DNA from: Longimicrobiales bacterium
GTDB taxonomy: Bacteria; Gemmatimonadota; Gemmatimonadetes; Longimicrobiales; Gaopeijiaceae
DNA length: 64,000 bases
Reading direction: 5' to 3'
NCBI GenBank assembly: GCA_965116905.1
Contig: OZ220732.1
Location: 2,688,001 to 2,752,000, forward strand
Below the pieces are notes generated by a model. That model saw only the letters and a program-made list of their open reading frames with translations. It searched no databases and was not told the DNA's origin. Below are positions 1-8,634 of this stretch, piece after piece (position 1 is the first letter of the stretch; the number at the start of each line of letters is the position of its first letter). A program made the translations under genes and the position numbers.

Positions 1-507
1 ATTGCCGTCCGCGGTACGCTCCTGCTGCTGGGGCTTCCGGTGGCCGTCGCGGGAGCGGTGATGTGGGCTCCCGTGACCTGGCTTCCCGGGCTCGTGCTCA
101 AGCGGACCCGTCCCGACTACGAGGTCACGGCCACGCACAAGATCCTCGCACTCATCGGAGGCGTTGCCGTGGCCTGGGCGCTGTGGGTGACGATGGCGTT
201 CCTCGCAGGAGGGATCGTGTGGGCGGCGGCGGTCCTGGCGGCGGCGCCCCTCTGCGGCTACCTGGCGCTCCAATGGGTGGAACTGGCGCAGGAGGTGCGG
301 GAGGATGCCGCGCTATTCCTGCGGTTGCAGGGCCGGCCCGACGTGCGCGAGCGCTTCGCCGGGATGCGTGCCGAACTGGCCGAGGCGTTCCGGCGGCTCG
401 AGGAACGGTGGGTGAGCGGGGAGTTGCCGTCGCCGCCGGATACTGACAACGTGTCGGCCCCGGCGTCGGTGTCGCGGGACACGACGCTTGTGCGCCCGGA
501 GGAGTAG
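1..507 (+). CDS. 5'-truncated membrane protein, C-terminal part; possibly acyltransferase family
   Basis: Frame is open from base 1 to TAG 505-507 with several hydrophobic helices. No catalytic motif is visible, so the family call is weak. Confidence 0.5.
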   Translation: MAVRGTLLLLGLPVAVAGAVMWAPVTWLPGLVLKRTRPDYEVTATHKILALIGGVAVAWALWVTMAFLAGGIVWAAAVLAAAPLCGYLALQWVELAQEVREDAALFLRLQGRPDVRERFAGMRAELAEAFRRLEERWVSGELPSPPDTDNVSAPASVSRDTTLVRPEE

Positions 508-603
508 GGGGCGGATCGGGACTGGTGTTCCGTCTGGTCTTCAAAACCAGTGCGCCCGGCTAAGACCCGGGTGGGTGGGTTCGATTCCCACACGCCCCCG
601 CCA
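507..603 (+). tRNA. selC: tRNA-Sec (anticodon TCA)
   Basis: Manual fold: 8-pair acceptor GGGGGCGG/ACGCCCCC (innermost pair G-A), 6-bp D stem CGGGAC/GTTCCG with TGGT loop, anticodon loop CTTCAAA, long variable arm CGCCCGG/CCGGGTG, T arm GTGGG-TTCGATT-CCCAC, G discriminator and encoded CCA. Confidence 0.95.
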
Positions 604-660
604 CCGGGGCGCCCCCGCCACCGAAGCGCCCCCGCCACCTGGCCACCCCCGCCACCGCCA
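593..660 (+). repeat. 4 x 17-bp tandem repeat containing the tRNA-Sec 3' end (CGCCCCCGCCACC)
   Basis: Copies start at 593, 610, 627 and 644; the last has one mismatch in the 13-bp core. Confidence 0.85.
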
Positions 661-680
661 CCGTGGCCTTATCTTCCAAC

Positions 681-1649
681 ATGTCCACCGCGCCGCTCCG
701 TGTCATCGTGAACCCGGCCGCCTCGAGCGGCCGCGGCAGGAGGGCCGCGGAAGCGCTGCTCCAGGAGCTGAACGGCCGAGGATTGCGGTGCGAAACGAGA
801 TTCACCGAAGCGCCCGGACACGCCTCGCGGCTCGCGGCGCGGGCGGCCCGGGACGGAGTCGGCCAGCTGGCCGTCGTCGGCGGCGACGGGACCATCCACG
901 AGGTCGCCGGCGGATTGCTGGACAGCGGCACCGATCACGTGCCGACCGTGGCCATATGCCCCGTGGGAACGGGCAACGACTTCTACCGGATGGTCTCGCC
1001 GCGGCGCGGCGTGAAGGAACTGCCCAGGCTCCTTCAGGAGGGCACGGTCAAGCGCTTCGATGTCGGAAGGGTGCGCTGGGAAGGCGGAGAGCGCGTGTTC
1101 GTCAACCTTCTCGGCGTCGGCGTGGACGTGGAGGTGCTGCGGTGCCGAGCCCGCTACTCGCGTCTGCCAGGCCTTCCGCAGTACCTGATGTCCTTCCTGC
1201 ACGCGCTGGCGCGGTTTCGGCCGCAGGCGGTGCACATCGAGGTGGCGGGACCCGGGCCGGCAGCGGGGTCCGAGGCGGAGGCTCGGCCCGGGCGGCAACA
1301 CATTGGCGGCAAAACGACTCTATCGGTTATTACGGTGGGACCTTCAATCGGGGGCGGCTTCATGATCAACCCGGGCGCGCAAGCCTCGGATGGGCAGCTT
1401 GACCTGTGTCACGTCGCCGCTGGCGGCCTTGTGCCGATCCTGCGGCTTGTGCCGAAGGTGATGCGCGGCAGCCACGAAGGGTCTCCGCTGGTGACCATGC
1501 GGCGTCTGGAGCGCGCGGTCATCCGCGGCCGCGACGGACGGTCGATGTGGTTCGAGCTCGATGGCGAGCTGGCCCCTGAGCCTGCGCCGGAACTCCGGGT
1601 GCAGGTGATTCCGGGAGCATTCCCCGTGCTGGTGTCCGATGACCGATAA
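681..1649 (+). CDS. diacylglycerol/lipid kinase family protein (YegS/BmrU-like)
   Basis: Motifs IVNPAAS, VGGDGTIHEV, PVGTGNDF, DGQLD and ELDGE. ATG 681 preferred over GTG 663. Confidence 0.9.
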   Translation: MSTAPLRVIVNPAASSGRGRRAAEALLQELNGRGLRCETRFTEAPGHASRLAARAARDGVGQLAVVGGDGTIHEVAGGLLDSGTDHVPTVAICPVGTGNDFYRMVSPRRGVKELPRLLQEGTVKRFDVGRVRWEGGERVFVNLLGVGVDVEVLRCRARYSRLPGLPQYLMSFLHALARFRPQAVHIEVAGPGPAAGSEAEARPGRQHIGGKTTLSVITVGPSIGGGFMINPGAQASDGQLDLCHVAAGGLVPILRLVPKVMRGSHEGSPLVTMRRLERAVIRGRDGRSMWFELDGELAPEPAPELRVQVIPGAFPVLVSDDR

Positions 1650-2298
1650 AAAGAGACGCAGAAGCCCCTGCCGGGCGCCACGGCGCTTAATTGTGCAACC
1701 ATGTTGCGCATGTGTGCTTTCGTGGTGCATATCTGCGATCGGAGCCGGCGGCCTTGTCGGCCAGGAAACGGCGGGTGCGGCCGCAGACACCGTCGAAGTG
1801 GCCGACCCCCTGGCGATGCCGGACGCTGCGGCGGGCGGGGTGAGTCCCTCCGGGGCGTTTCTGCGCGGCTCGCTCATCCCCGGGTGGGGCCACGCGGCCT
1901 CGGGTTCGCTTACCCGCGGCGCCTTCTACTTCGGGGCCGAGTCTCTCGCGGGCTGGATGCTCTACAAGACCGCGCGCCGGCTGGGCGTGGCGCGCGAACA
2001 GGCCCGTCTCTGGGAGGAGCGGGTCACGGCCCGGCTGATGATGGACGGCGTAACCGATCCCATGGAGATCGAGACCCTGCTGGGTGAAGACGAGCAGGTG
2101 TCCCGCTTTCGGGGACTGGTCGACGCCCGCGAGGAGCAGCGGGAGGACTGGTTTGCCGTGGCCATATTCACGCTCCTGCTGTCAGGAGTCGATGCTTTCG
2201 TGTCCGCCCACCTCCAGGATTTCCCGGAGCCGCTGACGATCGAGGGCGACCCGGGCGGAGGGGGTGTCGAGGTCGCGATTCGGATCCCGGTTGGATGA
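1639..2298 (+). CDS. hypothetical membrane protein (DUF5683-like)
   Basis: GAFLRGSLIPGWGH and DAFVSAHL motifs with hydrophobic segments. True start is probably downstream. Confidence 0.6.
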   Translation: MTDKKRRRSPCRAPRRLIVQPCCACVLSWCISAIGAGGLVGQETAGAAADTVEVADPLAMPDAAAGGVSPSGAFLRGSLIPGWGHAASGSLTRGAFYFGAESLAGWMLYKTARRLGVAREQARLWEERVTARLMMDGVTDPMEIETLLGEDEQVSRFRGLVDAREEQREDWFAVAIFTLLLSGVDAFVSAHLQDFPEPLTIEGDPGGGGVEVAIRIPVG

Positions 2299-2308
2299 CC
2301 GGTCGGTG

Positions 2309-3115
2309 CTACTCGCGCTCCCATTCGTGCAGTTCGGGTGTTCCGGAGGATCCGATCGTCACATATGAGCGGTGCACCACCCAGTCCCCCGTGTTCACGT
2401 AGAAGCGGCCCGGTGCGACCTCGCGTACCACGGGCTGGTGCGCATGGCCCAGCGCCACGATGTCGATTCCGGCGTCGCGCTCGAGTTGCTCCGCGGCCCA
2501 GTTCGCCAGGAACCTCGCCCTGCCATCGTCGGGCCGCGCCTCCGGGGACCCGAGCTGTTGCCGCGTACCCGAGAACCGGTCCGCGATCGGGATGCCCAGA
2601 TCCGGGTGCAGCCAGCGAAAGAGCCAGCGGGTCAGGCGCCCGCGAAGAAGCAGGCGGAGGGCTCGGTATCCAAGGTCGCCCGACCCCAATCCGTCCCCGT
2701 GGGCGACCAGAAGCGACACCTTGCCGGCCTCGCCAGCCTCGCCAGCCTCGCCAGCCTCGCTGGCCTTGCCGACGTTGCGGGCCTTGTCGATTTCGAGCCG
2801 AACCGGGTCCTGCCGGAATTCGATGCCGATGCGGTGCCGCAGGAAGTCTCCGCCCCACCAGTCGTGGTTGCCGCCCATCGCCAACACCCGCACGCCGGAG
2901 TCGACGAGGTCGGCCAGCAGAGCCAATACGCGCACATGCTCCGCCAGGATGACCCTGCGGTACTCGAACCAGAAATCGAAGAGGTCCCCGTTGATGATCA
3001 GGAAGCTCCCCGCTTCCTTTACATGGAGGAGCCACCGACGGAAGGCTTCCTCGGTCTCCTGCGGAACGGCGCCGAGGTGGATGTCGGATACGAGGAAGAC
3101 GGGCTTTGAGGGCAT
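2309..3115 (-). CDS. lpxH: UDP-2,3-diacylglucosamine diphosphatase (LpxH-like metallophosphoesterase)
   Basis: Motifs SDIHLG, NGDLFDFW, GNHDWW, AHGDG, GHAH and NTGDW. ATG at 3115. Confidence 0.85.
   Translation of the reverse strand: MPSKPVFLVSDIHLGAVPQETEEAFRRWLLHVKEAGSFLIINGDLFDFWFEYRRVILAEHVRVLALLADLVDSGVRVLAMGGNHDWWGGDFLRHRIGIEFRQDPVRLEIDKARNVGKASEAGEAGEAGEAGKVSLLVAHGDGLGSGDLGYRALRLLLRGRLTRWLFRWLHPDLGIPIADRFSGTRQQLGSPEARPDDGRARFLANWAAEQLERDAGIDIVALGHAHQPVVREVAPGRFYVNTGDWVVHRSYVTIGSSGTPELHEWERE
2727..2760. repeat. 9-bp tandem repeat (GCCTCGCCA x ~4) encoding EAG repeats inside lpxH
   Basis: Directly visible; protein reads SEAGEAGEAGEAG. Confidence 0.85.
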
Positions 3116-3152
3116 GACCGCCGAAAGTACGAAGAGACGGAATGGAGCGGTA

Positions 3153-3971
3153 GTGAGCCGGACACCCGGTCGCTGGCCGGGGGGCGGGATCGCCGATCGC
3201 CACCGGCCCTCGCGGCGATGGTGCCGCCGGCCGCCGACGATCCAGTGGCCCGCGGCCGCGCTGGCCCTCGTCCTGACGTCGGCCTGTGCCTCGGGGCGAG
3301 TTCCGGACCTGGGTATCCAACCCCCGGAGCCCACCGCGGCCGTGGCCGACGAAGCCGCCAGAGCCGAGGAGTCGACCCGGATCACCCGGGCGGCCCACCT
3401 GGTCTTCGCCTGGAGGGCGCAGGAGCCCGACTTCCGGGGCGAGGGAACGGGCGTGGCCCGCATCGAGCCACCCGACAAGGCGCGCCTGGACCTGTTTCTC
3501 GACAACGGGGAAGTCGCGGCCATCGCGGCGCTTGTCGGGGACGAACTGCGGATCCCGGCCGAACTCCCCAGCGAACTCGTCCCGCCGCCGGCGCTGTTCT
3601 GGTCCGCGCTGGGCGTCTTCCGGCCGGGCGGTGACGCCACGCTGGCCGCCGGCCGCGCGGACAACGGTACGATGGAGCTGGAGTATCGATTCCCCATGGG
3701 CGAGCGCGTCCGTTTCCGTCTCACCGGACACTCGGTGGCGGATGCGATGGTCCTTGCCGGGGACGCGGTCGTGGAGCATGTCCGCGCCTCCGGCCCCGAA
3801 CCGGGGTCGGCCTACCCGACGGAAGCCACCTACCGTAACCTTCGGGAATACCGTGAACTCAGGCTGCGACTGGAGACCTTCGAACATGTGGATTCGTTTC
3901 CCCCCGACATCTGGAATCCGGGCCTCCGCGACGGCAGCCGCGGTCCTGCTTCTGGCCGGGGCCGGTTGTAA
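3153..3971 (+). CDS. hypothetical lipoprotein
   Basis: Lipobox-like ALALVLTSAC followed by a globular region. Start uncertain (3114, 3153 or later). Confidence 0.6.
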   Translation: MSRTPGRWPGGGIADRHRPSRRWCRRPPTIQWPAAALALVLTSACASGRVPDLGIQPPEPTAAVADEAARAEESTRITRAAHLVFAWRAQEPDFRGEGTGVARIEPPDKARLDLFLDNGEVAAIAALVGDELRIPAELPSELVPPPALFWSALGVFRPGGDATLAAGRADNGTMELEYRFPMGERVRFRLTGHSVADAMVLAGDAVVEHVRASGPEPGSAYPTEATYRNLREYRELRLRLETFEHVDSFPPDIWNPGLRDGSRGPASGRGRL

Positions 3972-4422
3972 CTACTCCTTCATCGCGGGCGCCGGTTTCC
4001 CGGAGCACATTCGCACCATCGCCGTCCTGCCGTTCGAGAACGAAACCGCGCGATTCGAGCTCACGCAGGAGATCCACGAAGCCCTGTTGCGTCAGCTGCC
4101 GCGGGCCCTGGGCCTCAATCCCGCGGGCGAGGGTGCGGCGGACGCGGTCGTGAGCGGGAGCATCCTCAGCTACGAACTCACCGCTCCGCTCTATCGCCGC
4201 GGCCAGGAGACGGAAAGCGTTCAGGTGCTGCAGCGCGAGGTGGTGCTGGTCGTGCACGTCGAGGTGCTCGATCGCGAGGCCTACACGATTCTGTGGGACA
4301 ACACGCGGCTCAGGGTGGTGGGGCAGTATCTGGATGCCAGCGAGACGGAAGAGAACGGCAGGACGGAAGCGATCGAACTGCTCGTGCAGGAAATAGTGGA
4401 CGGAGCGCAGTCCAACTGGTAG
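3886..4422 (+). CDS. lptE: LptE-family LPS-assembly lipoprotein
   Basis: Lipobox LAGAGC-NYSF, HIRTIAVLPFENET and C-terminal IVDGAQSNW. Confidence 0.75.
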   Translation: MWIRFPPTSGIRASATAAAVLLLAGAGCNYSFIAGAGFPEHIRTIAVLPFENETARFELTQEIHEALLRQLPRALGLNPAGEGAADAVVSGSILSYELTAPLYRRGQETESVQVLQREVVLVVHVEVLDREAYTILWDNTRLRVVGQYLDASETEENGRTEAIELLVQEIVDGAQSNW

Positions 4423-4474
4423 ATTCGCCCGCGGTGTTTCCGACGAAGCAGCCGACAGCCGGGAGATCGATGAC

Positions 4475-4954
4475 TTGAACCGCGCGCCGTGGCTCTGGGT
4501 GATCCTGTTCGCCCTCTGGCTCGTTCTGTCGTGGCACTTCACCCCGCTCTTCCTGTTCTTCGGGGTGGTGACCTGCTCGATAGCGGTTCTGGTGGCGGTG
4601 CGCATGGGCATCTTGGATCGCGAATCCATGCCGGTGCACCTGGCCTGGCGCGCCGCAACCTACGTGCCGTGGCTGGTGTGGGAGATCTTCAAGTCCAACG
4701 TGCGGGTGGCGAGGATCATCCTGTCCCCCCGGATCCGCGTCGATCCTTCGATCGTCCACTTCCGGGCGTCCCAGCGCACCGATCTGGGTCGCTTCATCTA
4801 CGCGAATTCGATCACCCTGACGCCCGGCACCGTCACCACGGGAATCGTGGGAGACGACTTCGAGGTGCACGCCATCGTGCAGGAGGAGATCGACGGGTCG
4901 GAGGAGAACATCATGAACCGGCGCGTGGCGCAACTCGAGGGAGAGGACGGGTAG
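4475..4954 (+). CDS. mrpE: Mrp Na+/H+ antiporter subunit E
   Basis: YANSITLTPGT and EIFKSNVRVA motifs; TTG start. Confidence 0.92.
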   Translation: MNRAPWLWVILFALWLVLSWHFTPLFLFFGVVTCSIAVLVAVRMGILDRESMPVHLAWRAATYVPWLVWEIFKSNVRVARIILSPRIRVDPSIVHFRASQRTDLGRFIYANSITLTPGTVTTGIVGDDFEVHAIVQEEIDGSEENIMNRRVAQLEGEDG

Positions 4955-4955
4955 C

Positions 4956-5240
4956 GTGTTCACCGTAGCCGCCGCCGCGGTGCTCGTGAGCATGGTGCTC
5001 GCCATGCTGCGTGCGGTGCTGGGACCGACGGCCTACGACCGGGTCCTCGCGCTCAACAACCTCGGCACCAAGACCGTGCTGCTCATCGCGGTGCTCGGAT
5101 TCGTCAACGGTCGCCCCGACTTTCTGGACCTCGCGCTGGCGTACGCGCTGATCAACTTCATCGGGACCATCGCCGTGCTGAAGTACATCGAGTACGGAGA
5201 TCTGGGCGTGAGCGCGCCGCGGGAGACGGGGGCCGAATGA
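4956..5240 (+). CDS. mrpF: Mrp antiporter subunit F
   Basis: GPTAYDRVLA and DLALAYALINFIGT motifs. Confidence 0.92.
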   Translation: MFTVAAAAVLVSMVLAMLRAVLGPTAYDRVLALNNLGTKTVLLIAVLGFVNGRPDFLDLALAYALINFIGTIAVLKYIEYGDLGVSAPRETGAE

Positions 5241-5653
5241 TGGGCGACGTCGTCTCGGTCCTCGTCTGGCTGCTGATCCTCTCGGGCGCCTTCTTCATGG
5301 TGACCGGATCGCTGGGCATGGTGCGGCTGCCGGACGTCTTCACCCGCATGCACGCGGCCGGAATGGTGGACACGATGGGCGCGGGACTGACCCTGGCCGG
5401 CCTGTGCGTCTACAGCCTCCACGACGGTGCCAATCTCGTGGCGGTTCGCCTGGTGCTCGTGCTTGCGTTCCTGTGGTTCACGAGCCCGATCGCGACCCAC
5501 GCCGTGGCCAAAGCCGCGCTGTCGGGCGGCACGACGCCCTACACGGTGCGGGGCGCGGAGGCCGGGGCCGGAGGAGGCGCGCGCACGGATGCGGGCGCGG
5601 AGGCCGGGAGCGCGCAGGACGACGGCGAGCGCGGGGGAGGGAGCCGGTTATGA
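5237..5653 (+). CDS. mrpG: Mrp antiporter subunit G
   Basis: GMVRLPDVFTRMHAAG and TSPIATHAVAKA motifs; ATGA overlap with mrpF. Confidence 0.92.
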   Translation: MMGDVVSVLVWLLILSGAFFMVTGSLGMVRLPDVFTRMHAAGMVDTMGAGLTLAGLCVYSLHDGANLVAVRLVLVLAFLWFTSPIATHAVAKAALSGGTTPYTVRGAEAGAGGGARTDAGAEAGSAQDDGERGGGSRL

Positions 5654-6225
5654 GCACCGTTGTCGACATCGTCCTGCTCACCCTGCTGGCGGTGGCGGGC
5701 ATCGCGCTACTGAGGATCCGCAACCTGTTCGCGGTGGTCATGCTGGCCGGGATCTACTCACTGCTGTCGGCGGGGCTGTTCACCGTGATGGACGCGGTGG
5801 ACGTGGCCTTTACCGAGGCGGCGGTGGGCGCGGGCATCTCGACCGTACTCTTCCTGGGGGCGCTGGCGCTCGCCGGACACCACGAAAACAGGCCCGGCCA
5901 CACGCCTATGCTGCCGCTGATCGTCGTCAGCGTGACGGGACTGGCGCTGGTGTACGGCACGATCGACATGCCGGGGTTCGGCGGCGCGGACAACCCCGTG
6001 CACCACCATGTGGCTGATCACTACCTGGAGGAGAGTCCGAACGAGATCGACATTCCCAACGTCGTGACGGCAGTGCTCGCCTCGTACCGGGGGTACGACA
6101 CCATGGGCGAAGTGACTGTGGTATTCGCGGCGGCCGTGGGGGTGATGCTGTTGCTCATGGGACGAAGGCGCCCACGGGCCCGGGCGGTTGCTGACGGCCA
6201 GCCGGGGGGGGCGGAGGACCGATGA
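5650..6225 (+). CDS. Mrp subunit B-related protein (DUF4040 / MrpA C-terminal-like)
   Basis: DVAFTEAAVGAG and NVVTAVLASYRGYDTMGE motifs; ATGA overlap. Confidence 0.88.
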   Translation: MSTVVDIVLLTLLAVAGIALLRIRNLFAVVMLAGIYSLLSAGLFTVMDAVDVAFTEAAVGAGISTVLFLGALALAGHHENRPGHTPMLPLIVVSVTGLALVYGTIDMPGFGGADNPVHHHVADHYLEESPNEIDIPNVVTAVLASYRGYDTMGEVTVVFAAAVGVMLLLMGRRRPRARAVADGQPGGAEDR

Positions 6226-6647
6226 GGGAAGAGATCATTATTCGCGTGGGAGCCAAGATACTGACTCCCTTCATCGTCATGTTCGCGCTGTATGTGCATT
6301 TCCACGGCGACTACAGCCCCGGCGGCGGGTTCCAGGCGGGCGTGATCCTGACCGCCGCGTTCGCGTTGCTGGCACTGGTGTACGGCCTTGCCGCAGTGCA
6401 ACGCGTGCTGCCGCCGTGGTTTACGCGCCTGTGCGCCGCGCTCGGCGTTCTGATCTACGGCGGCGTCGGGGTGGTGACGATGCTTTTGGGCCACAACTAC
6501 CTGGGCTACAACGCGCTCGCCGCCGACCCCAAATACGGCCAGCACTACGGCATCCTTCTGGTCGAGCTCGGTGTGCTCGTCACCGTCTTCGGGGTCATGG
6601 CTTCCGTGTTCTACCTCTTCGCGGGACGGGGAAGGAGGGAGCCGTGA
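6222..6647 (+). CDS. mrpB: Mrp antiporter subunit B
   Basis: HGDYSPGGGFQAG motif. Confidence 0.92.
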   Translation: MREEIIIRVGAKILTPFIVMFALYVHFHGDYSPGGGFQAGVILTAAFALLALVYGLAAVQRVLPPWFTRLCAALGVLIYGGVGVVTMLLGHNYLGYNALAADPKYGQHYGILLVELGVLVTVFGVMASVFYLFAGRGRREP

Positions 6648-7066
6648 GCCTCGATTTCTTCGTATCGCACTACAACTACTGGGTCGTGATTTTCCTGATG
6701 ATGGTGGGTTTCTACATCCTCATCTCGCGTGGGAACCTGATCAAGAAAATCGTTGGTCTCAATGTGTTTCAGACCTCTGTATTCATGTTGTACATCAGCA
6801 TGAGCAAGATCACCGGCGGGACTCCCCCCATCCTGATCGGCGACGCACACGGCGAGGCGCATGGTGGTGCGGCCGGCGGCGAAGCGGTGGAACACGTGGT
6901 CTACTCCAACCCGCTGCCGCACGTGCTGATTCTCACCGCCATCGTGGTGGGCATCGCGACCACGTCGGTCGGGCTCGCCCTGGCGGTCCGCATCAAGGAG
7001 GCTTACGGAACGCTGGAGGAGGACGAGATCAACCGTATCGAGGCGCAGGTGGAGGCGGCCGAATGA
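6644..7066 (+). CDS. mrpC: Mrp antiporter subunit C
   Basis: NLIKKIVGL and NPLPHVLILTAIVVG motifs; GTGA overlap. Confidence 0.92.
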   Translation: MSLDFFVSHYNYWVVIFLMMVGFYILISRGNLIKKIVGLNVFQTSVFMLYISMSKITGGTPPILIGDAHGEAHGGAAGGEAVEHVVYSNPLPHVLILTAIVVGIATTSVGLALAVRIKEAYGTLEEDEINRIEAQVEAAE

Positions 7067-7134
7067 GACTCGGGGGCACGGTCGATCGGCGCACGTGCAG
7101 GCGGCCGGCATGGACGGTGGAGGCGGCCGAATGA
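7048..7134 (+). repeat. 19-bp direct repeat duplicating the mrpC stop / mrpD start junction
   Basis: GGTGGAGGCGGCCGAATGA at 7048-7066 and 7116-7134. Confidence 0.85.
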
Positions 7135-8615
7135 CCGCGCACCTCCCCATCCTGCAGGTCGTCGTGCCGCTGTTGGCCGCTCCGATCTGTGCGGTATTGC
7201 GTCACGGCAGGGCGGCGGCGTGGCTGGCCGTGCTGGCGAGCTGGTCGGTGCTCGGCATCGCGCTTGCGCTGCTGGGTCAGGTGATGGCGGGCGGCGTCAT
7301 CTCCTACCATATCGGCGACTGGGTGCCGCCCATCGGGATCGAGTACAGGGTCGACATCGTCAACGCCTGGGTACTGGTGATCGTCGCCTCGATCGGCGCG
7401 GTCGTGGCTCCCTATTCCGTCACCAGTGTCGAACACGAGATCGCGGCCAGGCGGATCCCGCTCTTCTACGCCGCCTATCTCCTCTGTCTCTCGGGACTCC
7501 TGGGCATCGCGATCACGGGCGACGTCTTCAACGTCTTCGTCTTCCTCGAGATCTCGTCGCTTTCGGCCTACGCCCTGATCTCGCTCGGCAGACCGCGCCG
7601 GGCGCTGACGGCGGCCTTCCGGTACCTGATCATGGGGTCGGTGGGGGCCACGTTCATCGTGATTGGCATCGGGCTGCTGTATGTCATGACCGGGTCCCTG
7701 AACATGGTGGACCTGGCGGAGCTTCTGCCCGGCGTGTGGGACTCGCGAACCGTCAAGGTGGCGTACGGATTTCTGGGCGTGGGGATCTGTCTCAAGCTGG
7801 CGCTCTTCCCCCTCCACCTCTGGCTGCCCAACGCCTACGCCTTCGCGCCGTCGCCCGTCACGGCCTTCATGGCGTCGACCGCCACCAAGGTCGCGGTCTA
7901 CATGCTGCTCCGGTTCTTCCTCTCCATCTTCGGCGCGGCATTCTCGTTCGACATCATGGCGCTCGACCGGATCCTGCTGCCCCTGGCGCTGGTCGCGGTG
8001 GTCAGCATGTCGCTCGTGGCGATCTTCCAGGTCGACGTCAAGCGGCTGCTCGCCTATTCGTCGGTCGCGCAGATCGGGTACATGATCCTCGGCCTCTCCT
8101 TCGCATCGGTGACTGGACTCACGGCGACGCTTCTGCACCTGTTCAACCACGCGCTCATGAAGGGCGCGCTGTTCATGGCGCTCGGATGCGTCGTCTACCG
8201 GATCGGGTCGGTGCACATCGACGCCATGGCCGGGCTGGGGAAGCGAATGCCGTGGACCATGGCCGCCTTCGTGGTCGGAGGACTGAGCCTGGTGGGCGTG
8301 CCGCTCACGGTGGGCTTCATCAGCAAGTGGTACCTGATCCTGGGGGCTCTCGAGAAGGGCGGGCCATGGATCGCGGTGGCCGTCCTCGTGCTGGTGACCT
8401 CGGTCATGGCGCTGGTGTACGTGTGGCGCGTGGTCGAGGCCGCCTATCTGCGGGAGTTTTCGGGTGACGAGGCGACGGGCGAGGCGCCGCTGAGTCTTCT
8501 GGCGCCGACCTGGGTGCTGGTGGCCGCCAACCTGTACTTCGGGATCGACGCCGTGCGGACCGCCGCGGTGGCGCGACAGGCCGCCGAGGCGCTGATGGCC
8601 GGGTTCGGATCATGA
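7131..8615 (+). CDS. mrpD: Mrp antiporter subunit D (paralogue 1)
   Basis: GDVFNVFVFLEI, KLALFPLHLWLPNAY, KRLLAYSSVAQIGY and HALMKGALF motifs. ATG 7131. Confidence 0.92.
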   Translation: MTAHLPILQVVVPLLAAPICAVLRHGRAAAWLAVLASWSVLGIALALLGQVMAGGVISYHIGDWVPPIGIEYRVDIVNAWVLVIVASIGAVVAPYSVTSVEHEIAARRIPLFYAAYLLCLSGLLGIAITGDVFNVFVFLEISSLSAYALISLGRPRRALTAAFRYLIMGSVGATFIVIGIGLLYVMTGSLNMVDLAELLPGVWDSRTVKVAYGFLGVGICLKLALFPLHLWLPNAYAFAPSPVTAFMASTATKVAVYMLLRFFLSIFGAAFSFDIMALDRILLPLALVAVVSMSLVAIFQVDVKRLLAYSSVAQIGYMILGLSFASVTGLTATLLHLFNHALMKGALFMALGCVVYRIGSVHIDAMAGLGKRMPWTMAAFVVGGLSLVGVPLTVGFISKWYLILGALEKGGPWIAVAVLVLVTSVMALVYVWRVVEAAYLREFSGDEATGEAPLSLLAPTWVLVAANLYFGIDAVRTAAVARQAAEALMAGFGS

Positions 8616-8634
8616 GCGGGGACCGGGACCGGCG

